Of a stretch of 64,000 bases of DNA, positions 27,374-40,900 are shown in pieces; position 1 is the stretch's first letter, and the number at the start of each line of letters is the position of its first letter. The position numbers and the translations under genes were made by a program. Source of the stretch: Azolla caroliniana (Eukaryota; Plantae; Polypodiophyta); the NCBI GenBank assembly GCA_043228905.1, contig JBHGNT010000003.1:16182001-16246000 (forward strand). The letters are read 5' to 3'. The notes beneath the pieces were generated by a model. That model had not been told where the DNA came from. It saw only the letters and a list, made by a program, of their open reading frames with translations, and did not search any database.

Positions 27374-27889
27374 TGTTACCGGCCCAGGGTCACACGGTCC
27401 CGGATACTCGTTCCTTCGGTATCTGACTCAGGGTCTTGTGGTCAGGGAATGGTAGTATCGGACAGACTTTTAGTGAAGCCTGCCCGTAGGTATTACCTGC
27501 ACGAACCAAACTACTATGATTGTGGAGACTGAAAACGAGTCGGATACAACAACCTCGTGTTGTGCACGATACACAGATGCACTCAAGATGCTCAACACAA
27601 ATAGAAACTTCGACACAAAACACAGAGAAAAAGTATATGCAAAACAAATTTCTATTAACAAAACACAAATCATTACATTGTTGTTCGATTTCCCATTACA
27701 TTCTTTCCATGTTCCTTTTTATAGGGATCATGGGCAATTATGTTCATAGCGTGAACCACTACTACTAATAATATCTAGGTGCCATTCAAGTATTTACTCT
27801 TTACTTCTCGTTCGGCCCCACCCATCTTACATTCGACCCGTAACTGTTCCTTGGCCTTTTCACACCTAGGTCGTCTGGACTGGCCAACA
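27374..27889 (+). mobile_element. LTR (5' copy) followed by PBS-like TGGCACGCC
   Basis: TGTTACC...CAACA; paralogous to 47314-47829; PBS-like sequence at 27892-27900. Confidence 0.8.
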
Positions 27890-28159
27890 TCTGGCACGCC
27901 TATGGGATAATGCCTGCATGTTTGAACCCTAGGTGCAGGTTAGGCGTCGTCAAATATATGCAAATTGTTTGGCTCATTTTGAGCCGATTTGTTTGTGCCG
28001 AAGGTGGGGGAATTTGGTGAGGTCGATGTCTGTATTGGCAGCTCTGTCACTGTTATCATTTGCCCAACTAGTTCTTTATTGCCCTCATCTTTCTGCGAGG
28101 TCTCTTGAGGTATCAGTCGGGATGGGTCAGTGTGTTAAGCTTGGTGCGTCCGACTAGCA

Positions 28160-28450
28160 TTGACCATCTATTGCGACTTGCAGAGCTCAATTCACCTCAT
28201 TAACAATACCGTCTATCACGCAAAGACAAAGCACATTGAGGTACGGTATCATCACATCCAGGAACTTATAACTGAGAAGAGGCTAGAAGTTTGGAAGATC
28301 GACACTGAGGTGAACATCGCCGATTGCCTGACGAAGCCACTCCTAGATCAATGCTTCGGAGCACTTAGGACAAAGATGGGACTACGACAAGAAACCGAGC
28401 AGAAGAAATTTGAACGAGGAGCAGAAGGTAAGAGTCGATCGAATCAATCA
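28160..28450 (+). mobile_element. Copia RNase H C-terminal remnant
   Basis: IYCD..SSIHL..VYHAKTKHIEVRYH..NIADCLTKPL. Confidence 0.85.
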
Positions 28451-29194
28451 TGATAACGATCTATGCTAGGCTCGACATAGACCTCATGTTACGGGCATGA
28501 CCATATAATATCCCGTGGTGAGAATTTACCATAGTATTCTATACACGTGGATAAGTGTGAGGGTTAAACGAGAGTGTAAAGAAGGGGAGGATTACTTTTA
28601 AATCCTCGGGATTGAGACAACCCATTAGGCCAAGTGTGAACTTGCCTAGGGGCCTTGGGCATCACTATAAATAGAGGCCTAGCTACCCTCATTGGATGAT
28701 CTTGTTGACTACGTCGAGACTCTGTCTTGTGGTGGGTCAACTCTTGTAGTGAGTGCGCCAGCACTAGGTACGACTCGACGCCACGGCGGTGGTATGGGAC
28801 GCCGATCGAGGCTCGAGTCCGTCTCGATCCCTTCGCTCGGGGGTGATCGGGTGGATCGGCACCCTTCTTTCTCTCTCTCCTTTCTTTCTATCTACCTAGA
28901 TCTATCCTTATCTAATGCTTACTTTAGTACATGTCTCTAATATTTGGTATCCGAGCCTATGTACTAATGTTTCTTTTCTTGGTCTTATCTTCTCGATGGA
29001 TGGTGATCGATCGTTGTGCGGTTGGCCTTCATGTAGACAAGGATCAACAAGGAACTTCGGTAATCTTTCTTTATATTTTTATGTCTATTTTTTCTTCTCC
29101 CATCTAATCATGTGTATGGTTAATATGTAGATTATTTTCATTAATTAAATGATGTTGCAGTGGTATTTAATTGGTTATCTAAAACGTTTACATA

Positions 29195-29452
29195 TGTGTA
29201 CGAGGTCAATACCTTGTTTGACATATAAATAATATGTGATGAGTGTCGTATGCGTACGAGGTTAATACCTCAATTATGTATTACGTTCACGAACATATGT
29301 TACGTTTGCGTATGAGGTCAACACCTCGATTTTGTTGTAAATGATATGCGTTTGGTCTCGTATGCGTAAGAGGTCAATACCTCAATTGCGTATTATGTTG
29401 AAACCCTTATTTTTGGATGTCTCGTGTGCGTAGAGGTATATGCCTCGATTAC
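29195..29452 (+). repeat. Five-unit interspaced palindromic repeat array in Gypsy leader
   Basis: Consensus cgtatgcgtacGAGGTcaatACCTCaatt; GAGG at 29202, 29258, 29314, 29370, 29433. Confidence 0.8.
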
Positions 29453-30638
29453 GTATCTCGATTACATCATTTTTGGCTATTAAATATAACGATTTCTTTA
29501 ATATAGGCATATGTGGTCACGTGTATACATAGTTGATCGTATATATGTGATAATATACATATGTGTATATAAGTTATTAGGTGATTTTAAATCGAATGTT
29601 TTCCTTTTCGGGGAAAGGTTCTTGGTGGCCGTCCTCACATTTTTGTGAGAATCGTGTTGTCACCATCCCGTTTTTCAACTATTTTTTATTGTTGAGATCC
29701 CTGTTGGTGACTTTGATATTTCGTTACGTAAAGAAACGCTATAGCCATAATGATTTTGAGTACGTAGGGCTTGACCTACTTCATGTGAGGTCGCTCTTAT
29801 GGCACACGTATCCAACATCCCTCCCTCATTACATGGATATGATGCCACCATGAGATCATTCTTACGAGAGGCATTTGTAATGACGTGACCATGTGATGGG
29901 CCACGTGGGCCTACTACGAAAAGAGGGCTCATTTGGCTTGACCATTAGGTTGCACTTTGGTGTATGCCATCGTAATTACGAGACTTGAGGTTAGGTAACG
30001 TACCAACATAGTCGTAGTAAATGAGGGCGAAATAAGGACTCTTGACATATATGTTTGTTTTAAAAAACATATATGGGCAAATGCCTCGCATATCTCTTAT
30101 TTAATGAAACATTAAACATTCAAGAAGAGCAACCTACTTGGTTGGTTCAAGTGTTTAATGCATTTGTTCTCGAGGTCTCGAGTTCAAATATGACCAAGAC
30201 CATACAACATCGTTGATACATATGACTATAACACATGTTTAGACTTGAGGTCTAAGTGCACTTCGGGGTCCTCGTAATAGGACTTAAAGAGCCGAAACCA
30301 CATATGTGGGCACCGAAACATAGTTTATTGTTAACATTTTTTTTCGTGTATAAACTATTCATGACGCGAACATACATGGTTGAGCCTCGGGGAGCCACCA
30401 TGAAAAAATCGATATAGAGACTAGGGAAAGACATTTATTTGTCACCCCCATGGTTTTTAAAACACCTTTGTGTTACCATAGTAACCTGATCTTGAACCTC
30501 ATCTCATACGTCTAGAGGGGTATTGACGTGAGATAATGATATCGATTAATGCTTGCCCATGATAGGTTTACATTATGACATGATGTTATGACTATCTCTC
30601 TGACCTTATCCTATTTCTTTTCCAAAAATAATCATTTA

Positions 30639-33600
30639 ATGGCTCAAAATAACGACCCGATGTCATCTGCTCAAGCGGAAGGAACTCAAGGGAATCCTCC
30701 TGGACAAATGTCCATTGAGATGTATTTTTCGCAAATAACCCAATACCTTAGTTTCACCGCTCAACAGATGACTGAACTTTGGCAATCTCAAAGTGCTCTT
30801 GAGGCACGTGTCAGTAGTCTACAACGTGAGACTAATAGACCTGATGAGCGACAGGGTGAACCATCGTTTGTCGTTAAGGCATTTACGGGAGACAAAAAGG
30901 AAAGAACCGAAGAAGCAATCTGCATGTGGCTGGGCCGATGGGAGTCTCATTTTGAGCTCTATCCCACGCCAGATAGTACGAAGATTGCATATGTCGGCCG
31001 AGAACTAGGGGGTAAGGCTACCGCCTGGTGGCGTGGGCTCCGTACGTTGGGGAAATTGCCCGATACCTGGACAGATTTTGTCACAGTTTTCAAGGGCCAA
31101 TTTCTATAACCTCCCTCTCGAACCGAGGCAGCACAAGCTTTAATGAACCTCTCTAGTCGGAAATTTTCCTTGCTAGAAGATTATGTCCACCATGCTAGAA
31201 CCCAAATCCAAAAGTCGGGTCTAGAAGGGGACAATTGGTTAATAGCTTGTTTTGTCAATGGCATCCCCAATTCGGACTATCACTGGATAGTGCACGATAA
31301 GGATCCAAAATCCTTCGAAGAGGCCATTGAAATAGTTCTTCGCTATCAACGCACTTCGAAGAAGGACCACAATAAACCCAACGAAGCGCCTGGGACTAAG
31401 CAGTCGCAATTCGCTGGGAAACGCAAGACACCCAACGAATTCACGGATCGCGATTGTAAGCGACAACATCCTTTTTGCGTATTCTGCAAAAAGAAGGGTC
31501 ATACAAAAGATCAATGTCGAAAGAAGCTCCAACGGAAAGAGCACGACAACAAAGCTAAAGTTGCAGACCATAAAGGTCAGATTCCTAATGTCCTTCAGGT
31601 CTATACACATCATTTAAGTAATTGTCAATGTTCTTTCCCTCACTATGTATTGGGTCCCAATGATTTACTACGTGCAAACGGGTATATCAATGGATCTCCC
31701 GTACAATTTTTATTTGATTCGGGAAGCTCACACAATTTTGTGAATGATCGTTTGGTTCAGATATGGGGAATCCAACCCACCGTAAGTGATCACACCTACA
31801 CGGTGCACTTGGCTGATGGAAGAGTACAATACATCAACGGGGCGATTCATTCATTAGGAATTTCCATTGATACTTATATAGCGGAAGTAGACTTCCATGT
31901 AATGAATCTTTGTACCACTGATGTAATACTGGTTTATCCCTGGTTTTATAATAAAAACTCTTCTTTATCTATGGATTGGGTTCATCATTCAATTACATTT
32001 GTACTGAACGATTGTACTCATTTTATTCAATGTGTAAAAAAACAATCCCTCTCGATTGTTTCCTCGTGTCCATCAATATCTGAATTGTCTTGTTCTACTC
32101 TATTTTATTGTGTACTTGATCCGGACATTCACGTTTACAATATCGACAATGTCTCGGTTCAATTAACATATTTTGAACAACAACAACTTGATGAAATCTT
32201 AAATGATTTTCGTGATGTTTTTATGAGTGAACTACCAGATGGCTTACCTCCTAAACGTAATATAGATCATTGTATAGATATTGTACCTGGTGTTGCACGA
32301 ATAAGTATACCTCCTTATCGCTTAAGTCGATCCGAAGAGGATGAGGTATCTAAGCAACTCAAGGACTATTTACGAATGGGTTATATACGTTATAGTAAAT
32401 CTCCATGGGGTGCACCAGTTCTCTTGGTAAAAAAGAAAGAGGGCACATGGCATATGTGTATTAATTACCGACTCTTGAATAAAGTGACGATCAAGAATTC
32501 ATATCCATTGCCCCGGGCTGATGATCTAATTGACCGTCTCCAGGGAGCTCGGTATTTTACGAAACTTGATCTCCGTACTGGCTACCATCAAATACATATA
32601 AGTAAGGACGATGTTCCTAAAACAACATTTCGTACGCGCTATGGCCATTATGAGTTTTTGGTTATGCCTTTTGGTTTGACCAATGCTCCGGCTACATTTC
32701 AATAAGAAATGAATGACATTTTCCGAGAACAACTTGGAAAATTTGTTGTTATTTTCTTGGATGATATTTTAGTTTATAGCCGTACATTACAAGAACATGC
32801 TAAACATGTCCGTTGTTTTACAAACATTGCGTGACAAACAGTTTTACACAAAGATCTCAAAATGTGAGTTCTTCAAGAAATCAATTACTTATCTTGGACA
32901 TCTCATAACCGAACGAGGAGTTGAAATTGATCCTTCTCGCATCGAGAAAATCAAGCTTTGGCCCACTCTTCGGAATATTCAAGAAGTTCGATCATTCCTT
33001 GGTTTTGTTAGGTTTTTGCGAAAATCCCTTCGTAATTACTCCCAATTGACGATGCCGTTTACTGATCTTCTAAAAGGTCAAACGTGTAAGTCTACAAAAC
33101 CTATTGTTTGGAATGCTACACTAGACCTCGCCTTTAAGGAACTCAAGGACCTGGTATGCAAGGCTCCTTCACTTCTTTTACCCGATCCTTCAAAACCTTT
33201 TGAGGTTGAAACTGATGCAAGCAATTATGCTATAGGTGTTGTCTTATATCAAGATGGTAAACCAATAACATTCGAGAGTAAGAAACTTGATTCTTTTCAA
33301 TGTCAGTATACTGTTGAAGAAAAGGAATTATTTGCAGTTATACATGCACTCAAAACATGGTGCCATTATCTTTATGGAAATCGCTTTGTGGTAACTATGG
33401 ACCACGAGTCCTTGAAATATTTTTGTGACCAACAAGACCTGAAAGGTCGTAAGGCACGATGGGCTGATCTCATCCAAGACTTTGATTTTTCCATACAATA
33501 TCGTAAAGGTTCCATGAACACTGTCGCTGATCCACTAAGTCGCATCCGTGAAGTTAACACACTTAGCTTCACTGAAATATCATCAGATCTTTATGATCAC

Positions 33601-33770
33601 CTTCGAGGAAAGTATCCTGATGACAATTATTTCGCAAAATACTGGGCAAGAGTTGAGTCTGGAACAGACACCACCACATCCTCGAAGGAATACTTCCACA
33701 TTGCTAACAGTCTGCTCTACCGTAATGGGAAGGTTTGTGTTCCAGATTTACCCGAGGTCAAAAAGAGGAT
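30639..33770 (+). pseudogene. Gypsy gag-pol pseudogene
   Basis: In-frame TAA at 31107 and 32703; frameshift near 32800. Confidence 0.88.
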
Positions 33771-34905
33771 ATACAGAAAACGAGAAATATACAGAAACGA
33801 GAAATATACAGAAATGAGACACAAATATTTAACGTGGAAAACCCGAAAGGGAAAAACCATAGGAATCCTCAAACTCTGAACAAATTACTACAAGGAGAGA
33901 AGTACAACGAGAAGCTCCAAGGCAACAACCTTAAGCTCTCCTTCGTTAGACAAACGACTGTAGAGTTGGTACTCTCACTCTCTCACACATATTTACAGAT
34001 GCAACTACCTTCTCTCAGTATACAACAATAATGATTCTCACACACTATATCTAACTACTTGCCGTAAGTGTATACATATATACTCATATACATAGCAAAC
34101 TATTTACAAATATAGCCTCTGATGAGAAACACACGGAATATCACTCGGCCACAACCGAGTAGTAAGTCACTTCTATAAGAATCAAACACAGAAAATAGGA
34201 AGTAGAGAGTACACAAGAAAGTGACACAGGATGTTTACGTGGAAAACCCTAATAGGGAAAAACCACGGGAGCCCACAGACTCCGAACTATCACTATGAAG
34301 AGAAGGGGTACAATCAGAGACTCGGAGGCAACAACCTCGAGCTTTGTTTCTTCGCACAATGGCGGTTACAACAGAGTATCGCTCTGTATCTCTCTCTCTC
34401 CCTCCCTCTCTCTCTGTACAACAGTTACAACAATATATAACAACACAATCACACTCATACCCTAAAGTGATTGCCCTAAGTCATATTTATAGTTATATAA
34501 ACTTAGGGGTATTTACAAAGATAGCCTCAATGGGTTTGTTCAAGACATATTTACAAATCTGTCTTCTCTTCCGGTTCTCACCGGTTCTCCTCCGGTTTCC
34601 GAATCTCTTCCGGTTCTCACCGGGTCCTCTTTATTCATCATTGGATCCCATCCGGAGAGACCGATTTCCCAATAGCCTCAATGGGCACATCTAGAATATT
34701 TACAAATATAGTCACCCGAATCAGTTATACAATCGATTCTCGGCCTTGGCCTATCGGCCTTGGACGAATTACCCATTGGTTCCATCTGATTCGGCTCGTA
34801 TTGTGCTTCCCATCCGAAGGGACCTATTTTCCCAACAAACTCCCCCTTCACTCCGGAATGGGGTACTTCACCAATCCGACCCTCTGTGAGCACTCGTTCA
34901 ACTTG
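33770..34905 (-). mobile_element. Copia element B 3' LTR, PPT and pol end, interrupted by an A-family LTR
   Basis: aacgtggaaaaccc LTR motif; ends cccaaca at 34837, then PPT aactccccct; interrupted at a GCCTC TSD. Confidence 0.7.
34120..34674 (-). mobile_element. Copia family A LTR copy 1
   Basis: TGATGAG...CAATA flanked by GCCTC on both sides (34115-34119 / 34675-34679); near-identical to 34924-35480. Confidence 0.88.
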
Positions 34906-34923
34906 CTCGCTCTGATACTAGAT

Positions 34924-37900
34924 TGATGAGAAACGCATGGAATGTTGTTCGGCCACAACCGAGTAGTAAGTCACTTCTATAAGAATCAAACACAGAAAAA
35001 TGGGAAGTAGAGAGTACACAAGAAAGTGACACAGGATGTTTACGTGGAAAACCCTAATAGGGAAAAACCATGGGAGCCCACAGACTCCGAACTATCACTA
35101 TGAAGAGAAGGGGTACAATTAGAGACTCGGAGGCAACAACCTCGAGCTCTGTTTCTTCACATAGTGGCGGTTACAATAGAGTATCGCTCTGTATCTCTCT
35201 CTCCCTCCCTCTCTCTCTGTACAACAGTTACAACAATATATAACAACAACACAATCACACTCACACCCTAAAGTGATTGCCCTAAGTCATATTTATAGTT
35301 ATATGAACTTAGGGGCATTTACAAAGATAGCCTCAATGGGTTTGTTCAAGACATATTTACAAATCTGTCTTCTCTTCCGGTTCTCACCGGTTCTCCTCCG
35401 GTTTTTGAATCTCTTCCGGTTCTCACCGGGTCCTCTTTATTCATCACCGGATCCCATCCGGAGAGACCGATTTCCCAACAATCTCCCCCTTCACTCCGGT
35501 TTGGGATGTCTTGTAAGTCCGATCCGCTTCCAACATGCGTCTAGCTTGTCGGGTGTCAGCACCTTGGTCAACATATCCAACCCATTCTCCTTCGTGTGGA
35601 TCTTTGTCAACACAAAATCTTGATCTTCTACTCTCTCCCGGATCTAGTGGTACCTCTGTTGGATATGTTTCTTCCGGGAATGGTAGGCTGCTGATGAGGT
35701 GTCTAAGACAAAGGATAATCTTACACTATATGAGGGCTTTACCAAACCGGTTAGATGGAGTTGTGACTCATAATATATTATATAGATCAAGAGAGACTCA
35801 AGAAATTAAGAAAAAGAGATAGAGAAGATGAGAAAGAGATAAGATTGGTATGATATTCCAACATCAAGACAATACAAAAGAGATAAACTCCACATTCAAC
35901 TAAGAAACCAAAGACCTTCTTACTACCAATCACTCAAAAACCACAATTAAGATCCTTCCTCTTTCACTAAGATTTCTCTTCCTAAGACTCCCTCTCCTCT
36001 ATTAGGATCCTCTCCCTATTAGTCCTTCCACTTCTTCTTTTATAATTTTCTTCTTCTTCCTCGTTCACGCTATTTTTAGAAGCTTTTTATCTCCTATTCT
36101 TAGCTAAGACCCAACGACCTTCTAATCGTCATATCTCCCTCCTCAGAGCTCCGAATTTAGTGATTTAAAACGCTATAGATCGCTCTCTTTACAAGATTTC
36201 TAACCTATATTTAAACATAAAATTTGGGTGAAAAACGGAGGAGTTATAACCATTCCTTTTTTACTGTTTTTTATGGTCCGCTTTTTTTCTTTTTTCTTTT
36301 CTCTTGGTCTCTTACTTTTACTTTTGACTTCTTCCTAAGGTCTTGGTTCGTGTTCTTAGCCTCCAAATGTGAATTATCCATACTTTATATTCTTATAATG
36401 TTCAATGGCTTAGCTTCTAAAAACACTTTCACATTTAGCCCTCCCCCTTGCTAGAGGCTAAGCCATTTATGGCGAAGCACTTAATGGTAGTACTTAACAA
36501 ACGAAAGCTCTCTCGCCAATCTCTTGGCTATAGACAATGAGAGAGATATAATCAAAAAGAAAATAAAAGGATGTGAGTAAAACCCCCGCAAATCGGTAGG
36601 AAAAACCTCACACTTCTAAACACACACGCACATTGACAATTGTCATCACCATCTTTCTCCTTGTCAACACAAAGAAAGAGGTTACTACAATTATTATGTC
36701 TTTGTCAACTCTCCATACACAAGTAGGGCCATGGGATACATAACTCTTGATAGAAGTAAGCATGTCAACATATGAATGGATCTTTCGAGTGAGCGAACCT
36801 TTTGCACAAATACCTTCAAAGCTTCGAGACTTGTTAGAATGATTATCTTTTGAAGTACGTTGATCTTTGAATCATCCACATATTCTTGGCACAACACATT
36901 GTCCACACTACCTTGTTTTGTATAAATGACCATTTGATCTACAATCTCATCTCGGAAAGGAAGTGAAATTTGATCTCGTTTGAAATTATTGACACACACT
37001 TCAAATCTTCCATCTTATAATTGGAACTTTCTTGTAACCATGCGTTGAACTCTTGCATAAATTCTTCCTTTTGTTCAACACTCAATTGCCAAAGCTTTGG
37101 GGAAATTGATACACTTTCCTTCAAATTGATGTGGTATTTGTTGCAAGCTTCTCCTCTTATCCCAAAATACTTGATGAACACATCCTCCACTATGCTTGTG
37201 CAATGCACCACTCCACTATCTACTACAACCACCATTGTTGAAGATGACCTACTAATAGGAATTCCCACTTTGTTTACTACAAATTCAGAAATCAAGCTTA
37301 CCCTAGCACAACTATCAACCAAGGCATCTTTGATGTGAAACCCTTTGATGGAGACCGGGATGGTTGGACGTATGTCCTTTCGATCTTCTACTTGCACGAT
37401 CCCCACATAATGCACGGTCTTCCTACTTTGGCGAATACTTGCAAGCTTTCCTCACTCCTTTCGTAATGTGGGAGATAATTGGAGAAGTTGTGGCCATGTT
37501 ATCCTTGGTCCACTCGATATCAATTCATGCTTCCGATTGAAAGCTTCTACACCTTCTCCCATAGGAATATCCTCCATCTTTATCTTCCATTTGGAGCATC
37601 TCCTTCTCAATTTCTCCTCTTCCTCATTCTCCTTAGACTTCTTCTTTTCTCTCGAGGCACTAGATTCTCCATCAACTTCTTTCTCCTTTTGCGAGGCTCT
37701 TGTCCTTTTCACAGGAGCTACTTCACAAGCACTATCACTATCATCAATAAAATTAAGATTCACATTATGAGGAATTGCAGGAACCTAAGCCATAGGAAGT
37801 GTTACGCCTCCTTCGACTTCATTGTTGTTAGGTCGTTGTCCATTCCTTTGCACTTGATGCATGCCTCTTCCCATGCCTCTTTGTTGTCGATGAGGATATC

Positions 37901-40900
37901 TTGTTGAGATGTGTCCCTCCTCTTGACAAGAATAACAAATTACACCTTGATGCCCTCTAGAGCCACCACCATCAGGAATAATGTTGTGAATTGCTTGGGA
38001 TTGTCGCAAGTGGGCCATCACTTCATCAAAGCGTCGATTCACCAATGCCATTGTATCTTGTTCACTCTTCACTTGTTCCACTTCTTGAGATATACTTGTT
38101 GGGTTTATTGTTGTGGTGGTATACACATTTGGAAACACTTGTCCACCATGCACAATTGAAGATGAGGCTTGAAAGTTGGCACTATGCATCAAATTTGCAC
38201 CCAAAGACGACATTTGGGGATCCCCCATGGAACTCATCATCTTCACTCGTCGATCATAATCTTGACAAACTTGGAGAAGAGCTTGAAAAGTCGTTGGATC
38301 CTTCAAGCTTGCCTCCAAACGGAAATGCATATCAAGTCCCACCTTAAATTGTTCTATCTTAAACCACTTGTCTTCGGTGCCACCACGAAGACGAATCCAC
38401 GTTGTCCACAATTCTTGGAAATTTCTTTCATACTCTAAAAAACCAAAAGGTGATTCCATCTTTAGTTGAAAAAGCTCCTCCCTTACCTTAGTTGCACTTT
38501 GCCATTGAATATATCTTGTACGAAATTGATGCACCAACAATTGATATTCTCCTTGTTCATTTTGCGAAAGAGAGTCATACCAATCTCGAGCACGACCATA
38601 GAATGTAGCTACCAACAAGGGCAACTTTTCGTTGTCGGTGATGCGTCCAATAGAGATGGCATGATGCTCAAAGCATGCCAAAAAGGCACCAGCATCTTGT
38701 GTTCTTTCACCCGAAAATGCAAATTGCATAGCTAAGTTAATGTAATATAGTAACACAATTAAATGATAACTTCTCCTCCTATACGGAAAGGATCGACCCT
38801 CCCTGGAGCGCCAAAATGATGAGGTGTTTAAGACAAAGGATAATCTTACACTATATGAGGGCTTTACCAAACCGGTTAGATGGAGTTGTGACTCATAATA
38901 TATTATTATATAGATCAAGAGAGACTCAAGAAATTAAGAAAAAGAGATAGAGAAGATGAGAAAGAGATAATATTGTTATGATATTCCAACATCAAGACAA
39001 TACAAAAGAGATAAACTCCACATTCAACTAAGAAACCAAAGACCTTCTTACTACCAATCACTCAAAAACCACAATTAAGACCCTTCCTCTTTCACTAAGA
39101 TTTCTCTTCCTAAGACTCCCTCTCCTCTATTAGGATCCTCTCCCTATTAGTCCTTCCACTTCTTCTTTTATAATTTTCTTCTTCTTCCTCGTTCACGCTA
39201 TTTTTAGAAGCTTTTTATCTCCTATTCTTAGCTAAGACCCAACGACCTTCTAATCGTCATATCTCCCTCCTCAGAGCTCCGAATTTAGTGATTTAAAACG
39301 CTATAGATCGCTCTCTTTACAAGATTTCTAACCTATATTTAAACATAAAATTTGGGTGAAAAACGGAGGAGTTATAACCATTCCTTTTTTACTGTTTTTT
39401 ATGGTCCGCTTTTTTTCTTTTTACTTTTCTCTTGGTCTCTTACTTTTACTTTTGACTTCTTCCTAAGGTCTTGGTTCGTGTTCTTAGCCTCCAAATGTGA
39501 ATTATCCATACTTTATATTCTTCTAATGTTCAATGGCTTAGCTTCTAAAAACACTTTCACAGCTGCGTTCTTTGCAAGATGGATGGCACTCTAACTATCA
39601 CAATAGAGCCGATATTCCTCATGTTGGATCCCTAGCTCACCGATGAAGTCCTTCATCTAGATTATTTCCTTGCTGACATCCACAACTGCCATGTACTCCA
39701 CTTCCGTGGTTGACAACGCAATCGTCTTCTGCAGCCTTGACTGCCACGAAACAGCTCCCCCTGCATAGGTCATGACATATCCGGAAGTTGACCGGCTGGT
39801 GTCCACATCAGCCGACATATCAGAATTGGTAGATCCTTCCATGAGAGGTTTACCAGAGCCGAATCGGAGGCACATACTCGAAGTGCCCTTCAGGTACCTG
39901 AGTATCCATTTTACCGCATTCCAGTGCTCTTTTCCGGGGTTGGTCATGAACAGACTCACCACTCCGACTGCGCATCCAATATCCGATCGAGTACACACCA
40001 TTGCGTACATCAAGCTCCCGACCGCAGAGGCATATGGAATCTTCATCATATCCGCCTTCTCTGCCTTTGTCTTCGGGCTTTGCTTACCTGATAGTCTGCA
40101 ATATGCTGGGAGCGTCGATTCGACCGGTTTTGCTTCTGACATGTTAAACCGTTGAAGCATGTTTGTCACGTACCTTTCTTGTGACAACCACAATTGCTTC
40201 TTCGACCGGTCCCGGATGATGTGCATCCCCAGTATCTGTCTTGCCGGACCCAAGTCTTTCATTGAGAAGGTTCGGTTAAGGGCCTTCTTCAGCATCCGTA
40301 TCTTGACTTGGTCTCGTCCGACGATCAACATGTCGTCCACGTATAGGAGCAATATTAGGAAATCTCCTCCAACAAATTTCTTCACAAACACGCAGTGATA
40401 AGCCTGCGTCTTGTGGTACCCTTGATTGGGCATGAAGGAGTCAAACTTCCGGTACCATTGCCGGGGAGCTTGCGTCAGTCCATATAAGCTCTTCTTCAGC
40501 CGGCACACCGGGTGCTCCTTCCCTTCCTTCTCAAATCCTTCCGGTTGATGCATGTAGATCTCTTCTTCGAGGTCTTCGTGTAGGAATGCCGTCTTGACGT
40601 CCAGTTGCTCTACCTCGAGATCCATGCTTGCCGCTATGCCCAATACCGTCCGGATGGATGTCATCTTTACTACCGGGGCAAGATCTCATCGAAGTCCACT
40701 CCTTTATTCTACTAGAAGCCCTTCACCACGATTCAAGCCTTATACCTTGGTGGATTTCCGGCGTCTCCTGGTTTCAGCTTGTACACCCACTTGTTCCGGA
40801 GTGCCCTCTTTCCTTTCTGCAACTCCACCAATTCGTATGTGTGGTTCTCATGCAGGGAATCCATTTCATCCTGCATGGCACTCAACCACTTGCGGCTGTG

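Larger units (their letters stand above)
28451..33770 (+). mobile_element. Ty3/Gypsy (chromovirus-like) element, 3'-truncated
   Basis: Putative LTR ~28451-28941; tRNA-Met-type PBS tggtatccgagcc at 28945; ~1.7-kb leader; gag, CCHC knuckle ([14 protein letters not shown]), protease ([10 protein letters not shown]), RT ([27 protein letters not shown]), RNase H (ETDAS); stops before the integrase core. Confidence 0.9.

Noticed and set aside
29195-29452. True CRISPR array
   Set aside because: Eukaryotic retrotransposon context, degenerate repeats and no cas genes; kept only as a structural finding
31107-31109. Readthrough signal within Gypsy gag
   Set aside because: The element has other stops and a frameshift; the TAA fits ordinary decay
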